Shown: positions 29,922 through 39,267 of the stretch, piece after piece
How positions within the stretch are numbered: position 1 is the first letter of the stretch
Layout of the letters: the number at the start of each line of letters is the position of its first letter
Made by a program: the position numbers and the translations under genes
Notes under the pieces: generated by a model
The model's database searches: none
Told to the model about the DNA's origin: nothing
The model's input: only the letters and a program-made list of their open reading frames with translations
NCBI GenBank assembly: GCA_963846945.1
Contig: CAWJXX010000009.1
Coordinates: forward strand, 6,492 to 70,491
Length of the DNA stretch: 64,000 bases
Reading direction: 5' to 3'
Source: an uncultured Gemmatimonadales bacterium
GTDB lineage: Bacteria; Gemmatimonadota; Gemmatimonadetes; Gemmatimonadales; GWC2-71-9

Positions 29922-32703
29922 GCGCGACCGCCGCCGGGATCAGCGGCACCGTACTCTTCGCCCGGTCGCTCGTTCCCGGGGGGTCCCCACGTCCAGCGTC
30001 GCGCTCAACGGCGTGCTCCCCACCGTCGCCTGGAACTGCACCAGGATCGCCCGCCGCGAGCCGTCCGGGTGCTTCCCCTTCAACGCCTCGACGTAGATCG
30101 ACTGCTCCACGCCCCCCAGCAGCACCCGCACCGTTGGCAGGTCCGCGTCCCGCACCTTCCCCGGTGGCAACGGGATCCCGTTGGTCACCAGCACGCTCCC
30201 CGACCCCCCATCCAACCGCCGCACCGTCAGTGCCACCGCGCCCCCACTCGGCGGCGGGGCCCGCCGTCACCGTCACCGCACTCGTGTCCGCCTTCGTCCC
30301 CCCCTGCTGCACCGCGATCACCCGGTACGTCCCCGCCGTCGCCCCCGCCGTATACAGCCCGCCCGTCGAGACCGTCCCGCCCGTCGCACTCCACGTCACA
30401 CTCACGCTCCCCGTCGACCCGTCACTCATCTTCCCCGCCGCACTGAACTGCTGCGTCGCCCCCGCCACGACGCCGCCGTCGCCGGCGTCACATCCACCGC
30501 ACTCAGCGTCGGCGCGGCCGCCGTCACCGCACTCGTGTCCGCCTGTGTGATCCCCTGCTGCACCGCGATCACCCGATAGCGGGTCCCCGCCGTGGTGCCC
30601 GCAGTGTACAGCCCCCCGCTCGTGATCGTGCCGCCCGTCGCACTCCAGGTGACGCTCACGCTCGAGGCACTGCCATCGCTCAACCGGCCCAGGGCCGTGA
30701 ACTGCTGGGTGCGCCCGGCCGCCACCGTGGCCGTCGCACGGAGTCACCTCGACCGCCGTCAATGTCGGCGCCGGCGCCGTGATGGTGATGGCAGCGGTGT
30801 CGGCCTTCGTCCCCCCCTGCTGCGCCGCGATCACCCGGAAGCTGCCCGCCGTCGCTCCCGCCGTGTACAGCCCGCCGCTCGTCATCGTCCCGCCTGTAGC
30901 CGCGTACGTCACCGCGACCGCCGCGGTGCTGCCGTCGCTCATCCGGCCCACCGCCGTGAACTGCTGCGTGGCCCCCGTCTGGAGTGACACAGTCGATGGC
31001 GTCAGCTCGACCGCTGTCAAGGGTCGGCGCCGGCGTTGCAATGGTCACGGCCGCCGTATCTGCCTTCGTGCCGCCCTGCTGCGTCGCGATGACCCGGAAG
31101 GTGCCCGCCGCGTTGCCGGCGGTGTACAGCCCTGCCGTCGTAAACGGCACCGCCCGTCGCGCTCCAACTCACCGACACGCCCGCCGTGCTCGCCGTCACT
31201 CATGCGTCCCACCGCGCTGAACTGCTGCGTGCCGCCGGTCGCGAGGCTCACGGCCGCCGGCGAAACTCGACCGCGGAAGCGTCGGTGCGGGCGCAGAGAC
31301 GGTCACGGCCGCCGTATCAGCCTTCGCCGCCGCCCTGCTGCGTAGCGACCACGCGAAACGTGCCAGCGGTGCTACCGGCCGATATAGGCACCACTGCCGG
31401 TAATCGTGCCGCCGGTGGCCGTCCAGGTCACCGCGACATTTGCGGTGCTCCCATCACTCATCCGGCCGATAGCAGAGAACTGCTGGGCACCACCGGTGAC
31501 CAGGCTGGCATTGGCGGGTGAGACCTCGACCGCTTGAAGCGTGATGGCGGTGGCGGAGTTGCAATCGTGACGGCTGAGGTATCGGCCTTGGTGCCGCCGG
31601 TTTGAACTGCAATCACGCGGAAGGTGCCGCCGGTAGCACCCGCTGTATATGCGCCAGCCGGCGTTACCGTTCCACCGGTGGCGGACCAAGTCACAGCGAC
31701 GCTTGAAGTGCCGCCATCACTCATGCGACCAACGGCCACGAACTGTTGCGCGGCGCCAGGTGCGAGGCTCACGCTCGCAGGACTGATGTCGACCGCCTGA
31801 AGGGTCGGCGCCGGTGCCGTGATTGTGACCGTGGAAGTATCCGCCTTCGTCCCACCCTGCTGCGTCGCAATGACCCGGAATACGCCGGTCGTACTGCCGG
31901 CGGTATATGTCCCGGAGGCGGCAATCGCGCCGCCGGTTGCGCTCCAAGTTACCGGCAGTGCGGAGGTGGAGCCGTCGCTCATGCGTCCGACCGCGGAAAA
32001 CTGCTGTGAAGCACCGGTTAGGAGCATGACGCTCGCGGGCGTCACTTCTACCGCCTGAAGAGTTGGGACGGCCGGACTGATGGTTACCGCGGCAGTGTCG
32101 GCGAATATGCCACCTTGCTGCGCAGCTATCACTCGGAATTGTCCGGTCGTATTCCCGGCGCGGAAGGTTCCGTCGGCCGCAACCGTGCCGCCGCGTGGCG
32201 GTCCAAGTCGCGGAAACGGGGACAGTCGTGCCGTCAGCACGTACGCCGCTGACCGCGAAGGTGAACGCGCCTCCGGGCTGTAGCGTCACAGAGCCTGGTG
32301 CAATGGTGATCGCCGTGAGCGCGGACACGGAACCGGCAACCGTTGCCCGCGAACGGCCCGTGTGACCGGACCGAAGGGCCTTGACGATGTAGTCACCAGG
32401 CGCTGTCGCGCGAAACAGGCCAGTGGTGGTGATAGATGCCCCGGACCCGCCTGAAACGGTCCACTCCACGGGTCCAGATACGTCCGTGCCTTCTATTGTC
32501 TCGTCGGGTGCAACGAAGGCAATGGAATCGCCAGGCGGTACATTGACGGCTTGTGGCGTAATGACGAGAGTATCGAGCGCCGGATCTGGCCCTAGTCCGT
32601 CGACTGGTGCTGGTTCCTGCAGATTGCAGGCGCTGGCAACCGCTGCGATGAGCAGCGAGACGTTGGTGCGGGCGATGGACGATCGGAGCGCGGCGAGTGA
32701 CAT
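28942..32703 (-). CDS. Large surface lipoprotein A: signal peptide/lipobox, ~9 tandem Big_2 (bacterial Ig-like) domains, C-terminal ~480-aa uncharacterised domain (frame changes inside the repeat array)
   Basis: The N-terminus is in ORF 31717-32703 (MSLAALRSSIARTNVSLLIAAVASAC). Big_2 units (VTP...QQFtA.GrMSDGS...V.WSATGG.i...GLYTAG...G.yRVIA) lie in ORFs 31458-32240, 31372-31689, 30680-31150 and 30426-30725. The C-terminal domain is intact in ORF 28942-31041. Confidence 0.75.
30240..32450 (-). repeat. Tandem array of ~258-bp coding units (Big_2 domains) inside gene A
   Basis: Recurrent DNA blocks such as ...ctgctgcaccgcgatcacccggta...gtcgcactccacgtcac...gaactgctgcgt... appear with a ~255-260 bp period. 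About 9 units are present, and neighbouring units are roughly 65-80% identical by eye. Confidence 0.8.
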
Positions 32704-32974
32704 AGATCCTCAGAGCGCGGATAAACCAGCCGAATGGACCGAGCCGCCAAGGGCACGATCTCAAATCGAGATCGGCTCGCTGGCGGCTCGGCTGGCGTGG
32801 CTTCCTGAGAACGGATCCGTAGCCCCGTAGCTCTGCGTCACCGCCTTTCGACGGTTTTGCTCTGAAGCAGCGTGCCTTCACTGCGCCGCGCATGGTGTCG
32901 TGCGGCAGCAGCGAGGACTAAGCTAGCGCTAACGATGTGCTGACACCAACGTTCGTTTTCTAGACACTGTATAG

Positions 32975-32990
32975 TGTGATTTAGGTCACA
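32975..32990. promoter_or_regulatory. Perfect CRP/FNR-type palindrome TGTGA-N6-TCACA upstream of lipoprotein gene A
   Basis: The sequence tgtgatttaggtcaca sits in a ~190-bp AT-rich island (32930-33120), 272 bp upstream of the gene A start (32703). Extra TGTGA/GTCAC half-sites lie nearby (32998, 33078). Confidence 0.5.
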
Positions 32991-33150
32991 TTTATGTTTG
33001 TGAACCGCCTATGCTATAAAGCCTTAGGGGAATATATCTTGTGCGGAAAGCGCTGCTCATGTACTGCTGATAAAATTGTCACTCAATTTTCTATGGCGCA
33101 TGTTGCAACGTGCCGCCGTGATTGCTTCATGGTCGCAATGAACCGACGGC

Positions 33151-33179
33151 CGTGCCGGACCCCGGTGGGGCCCGGCACG
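33151..33179 (-). terminator. GC-rich hairpin 14 nt downstream of the gene B stop (weak terminator candidate)
   Basis: The 8-bp stem cgtgccgg/ccggcacg has a 13-nt loop that contains its own cccc/gggg mini-stem. No clear U-tract follows on the minus strand. Confidence 0.35.
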
Positions 33180-33190
33180 TCGTGCATCCG

Positions 33191-34170
33191 GCTCAGCGAT
33201 AGCCGAGGTAGTTGAAGGAGTTGTAGTACATCTGGTTGAACTGTTTGGTGCCCTGGGGATAGGCGCCATCAATGCCGGCCTGGAACAGGGTCTCGCCCCG
33301 GGTCCGATAGGTGGCATCCCCGGTCTGGCGATAGATCCAGCCCCACTGGGCGGGGAAGAACATGGTCAGGTCGGGCGAGGGACTCGGGTCGCCGCCGGTG
33401 TCCGGATCGCTGCAGGTCCCACTCAGGTACTTGAAGCTCCCCGGACTCCCCGCCAGCCACTGGGTGGCCCACTGCCAGTCGATGGCCTTCTTCACTGTCT
33501 GGACGATCCGCGGATCCGCCTGGAACGAGGTGTAGACCTTGATCAACGCGTCGTTCTGCAGCGCCAGCATGTAGTTCTTCGTGTAGTTACAGGCGTTCGG
33601 CCAGTGGTAGGAGCCGTCCGGCTGCTGCAGCCCGATGGCCGCATTGACGTAGCCCCGCAGCATCGTGGCCCAGTCCTGCGACGTGTCCTCGAGTTCCCAG
33701 GCCAGCAGGGCGCCCAGCGTGAGGCGCTGCATGATCCGCCCCTCGTTGTACTGGAACGTCGGATCCGCCATGGAGGCCGGGGGAAAGCCGCCCTGCCGCC
33801 CCATGAAGCCCGGCACCGCCACCCGGGAGCGCTCATCCCTCGCAGCCAGTAGTGCAGCGCCACCCCCTCCATCTGCGCCTGGTGCGGCGGGGCGCCATAG
33901 TTATTCGGCTCCAGATAGTTCGTGCGATAGTCCACCGCGAAGCGGGTCGCCGATCCCAGTACTTCGGGTCGCCCATCCGGACCCAGTACGCATAGTGGTT
34001 CATCGCCCGGTCGTAGTAGTCCATCATGGACCAGTCCGCCCCGTACGTCGCCCACTGCGCATCGGAATACTGGACGAACAAGCTCTCATACTGCGGGAAC
34101 GCCGAGCCGGCGGCCACAGTGGTCGGCCCCACCAGCTGCGTCGACACCAGGTAACTGGCCGACGTCGGCA
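33191..34170 (-). repeat. 980-bp block near-identical to 28940-29921
   Basis: Second copy of the direct repeat. Beyond 34170 identity drops to roughly 75-80%, with a further ~95% island (34510-34710 versus 30250-30450). Confidence 0.9.
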
Positions 34171-35773
34171 ACGCCACCGCCGCCGGGATCCCCGGGATCG
34201 CCCCCTTCGCCCGGTCGCTCGTTCCCCGCGGCGTCCCCACGCAGCGTCGCGCTCACGGCGGCTCCCCACCGTCGCCGTAAACTGCACCAGCACCGCGCGC
34301 ACCGACCCGTCCGGGAACCGCCCTTCCAGCGCTTCCACGTAGCTCGGCTGCTCCACCCCGTTCAGGAACACCGCCACGCTCCCCAGGTCCGTCGGCCGCA
34401 CGTCGCCCGGCCGCAACGGGATCCCGTTCGACACCAGCACACTCCCCGACCCACTCCCCACCCGCTGCACCGTCAACGCGATCGAGCCCGCCGCGGCGGC
34501 GGCGGCGCACTCGCCGTCACCGTCACCGCACTCGTGTCCGCCTTCGTCCCGCCCTGCTGCACCGCGATCACCTGGTACGTCCCCGCCGTCGCCCCCGCCG
34601 TGTACAGCCCGCTCGTCGAGACGCTCCCGCCCGTCGCACTCCACGTCACACTCACGCTCCCCGTCGACCCGTCACTCATCTTCCCCGCCGCACTGAACTG
34701 CTGCGTCGCCTTGGCAGCCACGCCCGCGGTGGCCGGCGTAACGACCACCGACGAGAGCGTCGGCGTCGCAGGCGGCGTCGCGGCGGCGTCGTGCCACCAC
34801 CCGTGCCGCCGCTTCCGACTGTGACAATGGAGGTGTCGGTCTGCACGTCACCCTGGCGCGTGGCGATTACCCGGTAGGTCCCGTTCGTGCTCGGCGCCTT
34901 GTACATGCCGCTGCTCGAGATCGTCCCGCCCGTCGCCCGCCAGTTCACCATGACGCCATAGGTCTTGCCGTTGAGCGACTTGCCCACGGCGGTGAACTGC
35001 TTGCTGGCGCTCGGCGCCAGGCTGACCGTCGCTGGCTGCGTTTCGATCCAGAAAGTGGAACGCTTCTGCTGTGCCGTGGGCGTTGTCGGCGCAGGTGCCG
35101 GTGCCGACGTGGATGACGAACCCGACGTCACGGTCACCGTTGCGGTGTCCGCGATCGAGTCGCCGGTCCGCATGAGGATCACCTTGTAGGTGCCCGCCGT
35201 GGCCGGCGCGGTATAGAAGCCGGTCGAGGTGATGGTGCCACCCGTGGCGGACCACACCGGGGTAATGCCATACGACTTGCCGTCGCTGGTCTTGATCGCG
35301 CCCGAGAACTGCGTGGTCTTGCCCGCGGCCAGCGTCACGCTGCCCGGCGTCACCTCGATCCAGAAACTCGTGCTCACCGCGTACGCGATCTGTTGCGACA
35401 CCCCATTCTCAACCGACACCACCGCGCTCCGCGATGTGCCGTTGTTCGCACGCGCACTGACCAGGGCAGGACCGGTAGCTGACGGAGCGTGAAAGAGGCC
35501 GGTCGAGTCAACCGTGCCGGCCGTGGCGGACCAGCTCACCAGCGCTGTTGCCAGGACGCCTGAGGCCGCGCTGTCCGTGGCGACGAACTGAACATCGCTC
35601 CCCGGCTCGACGATCACGGTATCGGGACTGACCAGCAATGTCCCGGACAAAGTCGGCTCATTGTCGCCAGGGCCGGCCAACCCGTCAGTAGTGGTCTTGT
35701 CGGTACTGCACCCGGCAAAAATGAGGGTGCCCACCGCCATGAAGGCGGCAAGCGTGCGATTGAGTTTTTGCAC
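33193..35773 (-). CDS. Surface lipoprotein B, paralog of A: lipobox, 4-5 Big_2-like domains, same C-terminal domain interrupted by two 1-nt gaps relative to A
   Basis: ORF 34676-35773 begins MQKLNRTLAAFMAVGTLIFAGCS. The C-terminal domain is split over ORFs 33833-34240, 33543-34055 and 33193-33822. Single-base gaps near 33950 and 33842 appear when it is aligned with gene A. Confidence 0.75.
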
Positions 35774-35956
35774 GTTGAGGTCCTTAACCTGAAGTCCAGC
35801 GAACAGAGGGCCCTGTGCAGCATTGGGGCTGCGGTGGGCGAACGAGTGTGTCGACCATGCACTTGGTGCATAGCAGCGCCAAATTGGGCTACACTAGTTG
35901 ACCGCGCAACCGACAATAGTGTAACAGCTTGATTTGCAAAGAGTTATACAGTTTTT

Positions 35957-35972
35957 TGTGCTCCAGATCACA
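35957..35972. promoter_or_regulatory. Near-perfect CRP/FNR-type palindrome TGTGC-N6-TCACA upstream of lipoprotein gene B
   Basis: The sequence tgtgctccagatcaca sits in the AT-rich island 35885-36075, 184 bp upstream of the gene B start (35773). Additional GTGACA half-sites lie at ~35991 and ~36051. Confidence 0.45.
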
Positions 35973-36070
35973 ACGTAATAAATCTGTAATGTGACAGTTT
36001 GGCCGTTCTTGTAACCAACTGTCCTATATTCTCTGCCTACTGTAAGAAACGTGACATTCTTTGCAGTCTC

Positions 36071-36104
36071 AAAAAAAGGAGGCGACCGATCGGTCGCCTC
36101 CTTT
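36071..36104 (-). terminator. Intrinsic terminator after the methyltransferase-HNH(-argR) transcription unit
   Basis: A perfect 26-nt palindrome AGGAGGCGACCGATCGGTCGCCTCCT (36077-36102) is flanked by A7 on the plus strand. This gives a hairpin followed by U7 on the minus strand, ~50 nt after the stop at 36154. Confidence 0.85.
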
Positions 36105-36153
36105 GAGCAATCTGCCGCTGTCTCACTTGGCCCTGGCGCGCAGGCGCCACGCC

Positions 36154-36912
36154 TCAAATATCGACTGGCGGTCGGCGCAGAAGCACAATGAGGTTGCTTC
36201 GCAGGCTCGCGTTTGCCGGGCTCCGCAGGGCGCGTAGCCAGGCCAGCTCGAACACGGCAAGCGGCGGGATCACGCTGAAAACCGGAGGCGATGACAGGTA
36301 GGCCAGCTTCTCTACGACGAGGCCCGCTTCGGAGGCGGCGCTTGCAATGTCAGATTCAGTATTCGCCCGATAGTAGGCGGGATACACATCCGCAGCAGTC
36401 CTCCCCTCGAGCATCACCGCCATGGCGACCTTGAGTGCCTCGGGCATGACCTTCGATGCCCGCACCGTATACCCGAGCGCGTTGGGGGTGTGGAATAGAA
36501 ACGCCCCACCGGGCTTCAGCACTCGGGCAATTTCAGCGAACTGGAGAGAGGGATTATCGAAGTGTTCGACCACGACATTCGCCGTCACCAGTCCGAAGGT
36601 CCCCGATGCGAATGGGAGGTGAGGTACGCCGGCGAGCACGCGGCAGGTGAAGCTCCGGTGACGACGAATCGCATCCAGGTCGAGATCGGCACCCACCACC
36701 AGGCGGGTGCCCCGCACGATCTCCAGCTCCTTGCGCGCACGCCACGAAGGGAGGAGCTGGTGGCCACAGCCGATGTCCAGCCAGGGTTCCTCGGGCTGGT
36801 GCGCTGACTCGAGCGCCTCTTCATAGGCGCTCTGGGCGTTGCTGTTACCGGGGGCGATGAACCGTTCGAGTGCACTCGACCACTGGTACATCCGGGCACG
36901 GAGTCCGGCCAT
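36154..36912 (-). CDS. Class I SAM-dependent methyltransferase (Methyltransf_11-like)
   Basis: Intact 252-aa ORF with motif I WLDIGCGHQ, plus LVTANVVVEHF and LKPGGAFLFHTPN. Confidence 0.8.
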   Translation of the reverse strand: MAGLRARMYQWSSALERFIAPGNSNAQSAYEEALESAHQPEEPWLDIGCGHQLLPSWRARKELEIVRGTRLVVGADLDLDAIRRHRSFTCRVLAGVPHLPFASGTFGLVTANVVVEHFDNPSLQFAEIARVLKPGGAFLFHTPNALGYTVRASKVMPEALKVAMAVMLEGRTAADVYPAYYRANTESDIASAASEAGLVVEKLAYLSSPPVFSVIPPLAVFELAWLRALRSPANASLRSNLIVLLRRPPVDI

Positions 36913-36918
36913 GCCCGG

Positions 36919-37467
36919 CTAACCGCCCAGCGCCCGCAGCGCTTCCTCGCCGTAGAACAGCCTGATGTACTTCGCCTGGATCGGCGTGAGCCGGCGCACC
37001 GCCCAGGACAGGTGCACGAAGTGCGGCTCATGCGGTGGCGACAGCGGGAACATGCCGATTTCATGCGGCAGGTGGTTGCCCTTCCGGGTGTTGCAGGCAC
37101 TGCAGGCCGTGACCACGTTGGTCCACTCGTTCCCGCCGCCACGCGAAATCGGGATCAGGTGATCCCGGGTCAGGCACTCCCGCGGCTTGAGCTCAGCGTG
37201 GCTGCGATGGCAGTACTGGCAGCGATAGCTGTCACGAGCGAAGAGGAAGGTGTTGGTGACCTGGCGACGGAAGCGGCGGGGAACGTGGATGAACTTGACG
37301 AGGCGGATGATGACAGGTTTAGGAAGGGAAAGCCTGGCACTTCGAACCAGGTCCAGCGCATCCGCCTCGACGATCTCGGCCTTGCCCTCGATGACGAGCC
37401 GAAGCGCCCGACGCATGGGCACCATCGTCAGCGGTTCGAATGAGGCATTCAAGGCCAGGCAGCGCAA
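36919..37467 (-). CDS. HNH endonuclease family protein
   Basis: Intact 182-aa ORF with the HNH core CQYCH...DHLIPISRGGGNEWTNVVTACSACNTRKGN. The stop lies 6 nt before the methyltransferase start. Confidence 0.85.
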   Translation of the reverse strand: MRCLALNASFEPLTMVPMRRALRLVIEGKAEIVEADALDLVRSARLSLPKPVIIRLVKFIHVPRRFRRQVTNTFLFARDSYRCQYCHRSHAELKPRECLTRDHLIPISRGGGNEWTNVVTACSACNTRKGNHLPHEIGMFPLSPPHEPHFVHLSWAVRRLTPIQAKYIRLFYGEEALRALGG

Positions 37468-37567
37468 CGCTCCAACCCCCTGTAGTTCTACTCATGGATC
37501 GTAACGAGAGCACCCGAAATGGAGCAAGGCCACCGGGTTAAGGCGTTACCGCATTGGAACGGAACGC

Positions 37568-38011
37568 CTACCTGCCAATGATCCCACGCAATCGCCCGGC
37601 CACTCGCTCCCGGGCCCGCTCACTGCGGGTAATCACCAGCAGCGTGTCCTCGCCGGCGACCGTACCGATCACCTCGCTCCACGATGCCTGGTCGATCGCC
37701 ACGCCAACCGCACCCGCCGACCCATTGGCGGTCCGCAACACGAGCAGCGGCCCCACCCCGTCCATGCCCGTCAGCAGCGCGCCCAGGACAGCCTGAAAAT
37801 CCGGCCGGACGCCGGACGCACCCGGCTGCGCGTAGTGAGAGCCGCGTCCGTCCGTCAGCTTGGCGAGGCCGAGCTCGCGCACATCTCGCGAAAGCGTCGC
37901 CTGCGTCACGGAGAATCCCGACGCCGCCAGCGCCTTGCCCAGCTCGTCCTGGCTCGAGATCCGCTGGTTCTGCACGAGCCGGAGTATTGCGGCATGTCGC
38001 TGCAGCTTCAT
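37568..38011 (-). CDS. argR: Arginine repressor
   Basis: Intact 147-aa ORF. The winged-helix N-terminus is RHAAILRLVQNQRISSQDELGKALAASGFSVTQATLSRDVRELGL, and the C-terminal oligomerisation motif is GTVAGEDTLLVI. Confidence 0.85.
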   Translation of the reverse strand: MKLQRHAAILRLVQNQRISSQDELGKALAASGFSVTQATLSRDVRELGLAKLTDGRGSHYAQPGASGVRPDFQAVLGALLTGMDGVGPLLVLRTANGSAGAVGVAIDQASWSEVIGTVAGEDTLLVITRSERARERVAGRLRGIIGR

Positions 38012-38034
38012 TTGTCCCGGTCGCCTCGAGGGTC

Positions 38035-39267
38035 TCAGGTCGCACGATACACCGGCCGCCCGGCCACGAACGTCGCCACAACCTCAGTTGCGGCCGCGAG
38101 AATCGCCTCGACCGGATCGGCGTCCGTGGGCGCGCAATACGCACAGTCAGCCCAGCCGCCCACCTCGATCGCTCCGACGCCCGAAAGCCCGAGCGCACGC
38201 GCCGCGTCAGCCAGACAAGGCGCAGGGCTTCGTCGGCGTTCAGTCCGGCCAGCCGTTCGCGCCCGGCGCGCCTCCGCCCGCAGGTCGAGCGTGCCCACGC
38301 TCAGCACTGAGTCGGTGCCGATGCCGATCCGCAGGCCCGCTCGGCGCAGTGCGGCCAGTGGTGCGTCCCGTGCCCATGCGCCAGGTTCGAGAGCGGGCAG
38401 TGCGCCACCGCCGCACCGCGCGCAGCCATGATGCGGATGTCGTCGTCATTCACCCGCACCAGCGTGAATGCAGAGCATGTCCGGGCCCAGCACTCCCCAG
38501 TGATCGACGAAACCGACCGGAGTGAGCCCGGCTGGCGCCGGTACATCGATGCCCCTGCGCTGCCAGGCCTCGGCGAAAGCTCCTTCGCCTCGAAGAAGCG
38601 CCGTTTCCTCTGCCGACTCGGCGAGGTGAACCGCCAGCGGCAGCCGCCGCTCCCGGGCCCACGTATCACTTCGTGATACAGCGGCCCGCTGACCGTGTAC
38701 GGCGCGTGGGGGGAGACGCCAAGCGCAGGCGACCCGGACGCGAGTGGAGCGAGCAGCGCCATCGCACGCTTGAGGCCCGCCATGCTCTCCTCGACCTGCG
38801 CCGGGTCGCGGACCGAAGACTTCCTGGTAGGCGACGCCGCGACCGCCGAGCTCGGCGAGCGCGCGAGCCACGGCTCCGGTGTCGCCGGTATCGGCGACGG
38901 TGGTGACGCCCGCCGCCCAGCACTCGCGCAATGCCCTGCTTCGCCGCCTCGAGGAACTGCTCCGGCGTGCGCTCCGCCTTGAGCGCGCGAAGCCGGCGGA
39001 TCCACGAGGGAAAGTCGGGCTCGTCGAGCTGCCGCGCCGAGCCCGGTGAGTTCGAGGTGGGTGTGGGCGTTGATGAGACCGGGCAGGAGCGCGGCGTCCG
39101 GGAAATACTCGGCGGGACTGCCCGGCGGGCGTCGGCACTTCGCCGCCGACGTCCGGACCGATGGCGGCGACGCAGCCCTGCATCATCGATGAGGACCGCG
39201 CCATCCTGCGATCGGCGGCGCGACTGACCGGGAATACCCAGTCCGCCGCGAGCCGCCGCGGCGGCAT
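38035..39267 (-). CDS. Amidohydrolase-superfamily deaminase/chlorohydrolase-like protein (several frame changes as assembled)
   Basis: ATG 39267 opens LAADWVFPV. An alternate frame at ~39040-39095 reads ALLPGLINAHTHLELTGL (metal-binding HxH). HLAESAEE is in ORF 38446-39267 and AVAHCPLSNL is in ORF 38301-39005. The C-terminus VVATFVAGRPVYRAT is in ORF 38035-38307. Confidence 0.7.

Noticed and set aside
28837-30096. 419-aa plus-strand ORF opposite the C-terminal domain of lipoprotein A (with its twin 33665-34342 opposite gene B)
   Set aside because: It is an antisense shadow ORF with an Arg/Pro/Gly/Val-rich low-complexity translation. The minus-strand frame has a clear protein-like sequence and the shared stop.
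32994-33215. 73-aa Cys-rich plus-strand ORF in the AT-rich island
   Set aside because: It spans a regulatory-looking AT-rich region and the hairpin after gene B. Its codon usage is unlike the rest of the window and it has no RBS or partner genes, so it is probably not coding.
36154-37467. HNH plus methyltransferase as a restriction-modification system
   Set aside because: The methyltransferase shows small-molecule Methyltransf_11-type motifs and no DNA-methyltransferase motifs. The HNH protein belongs to a widespread stand-alone family. It is kept only as a low-interest finding.
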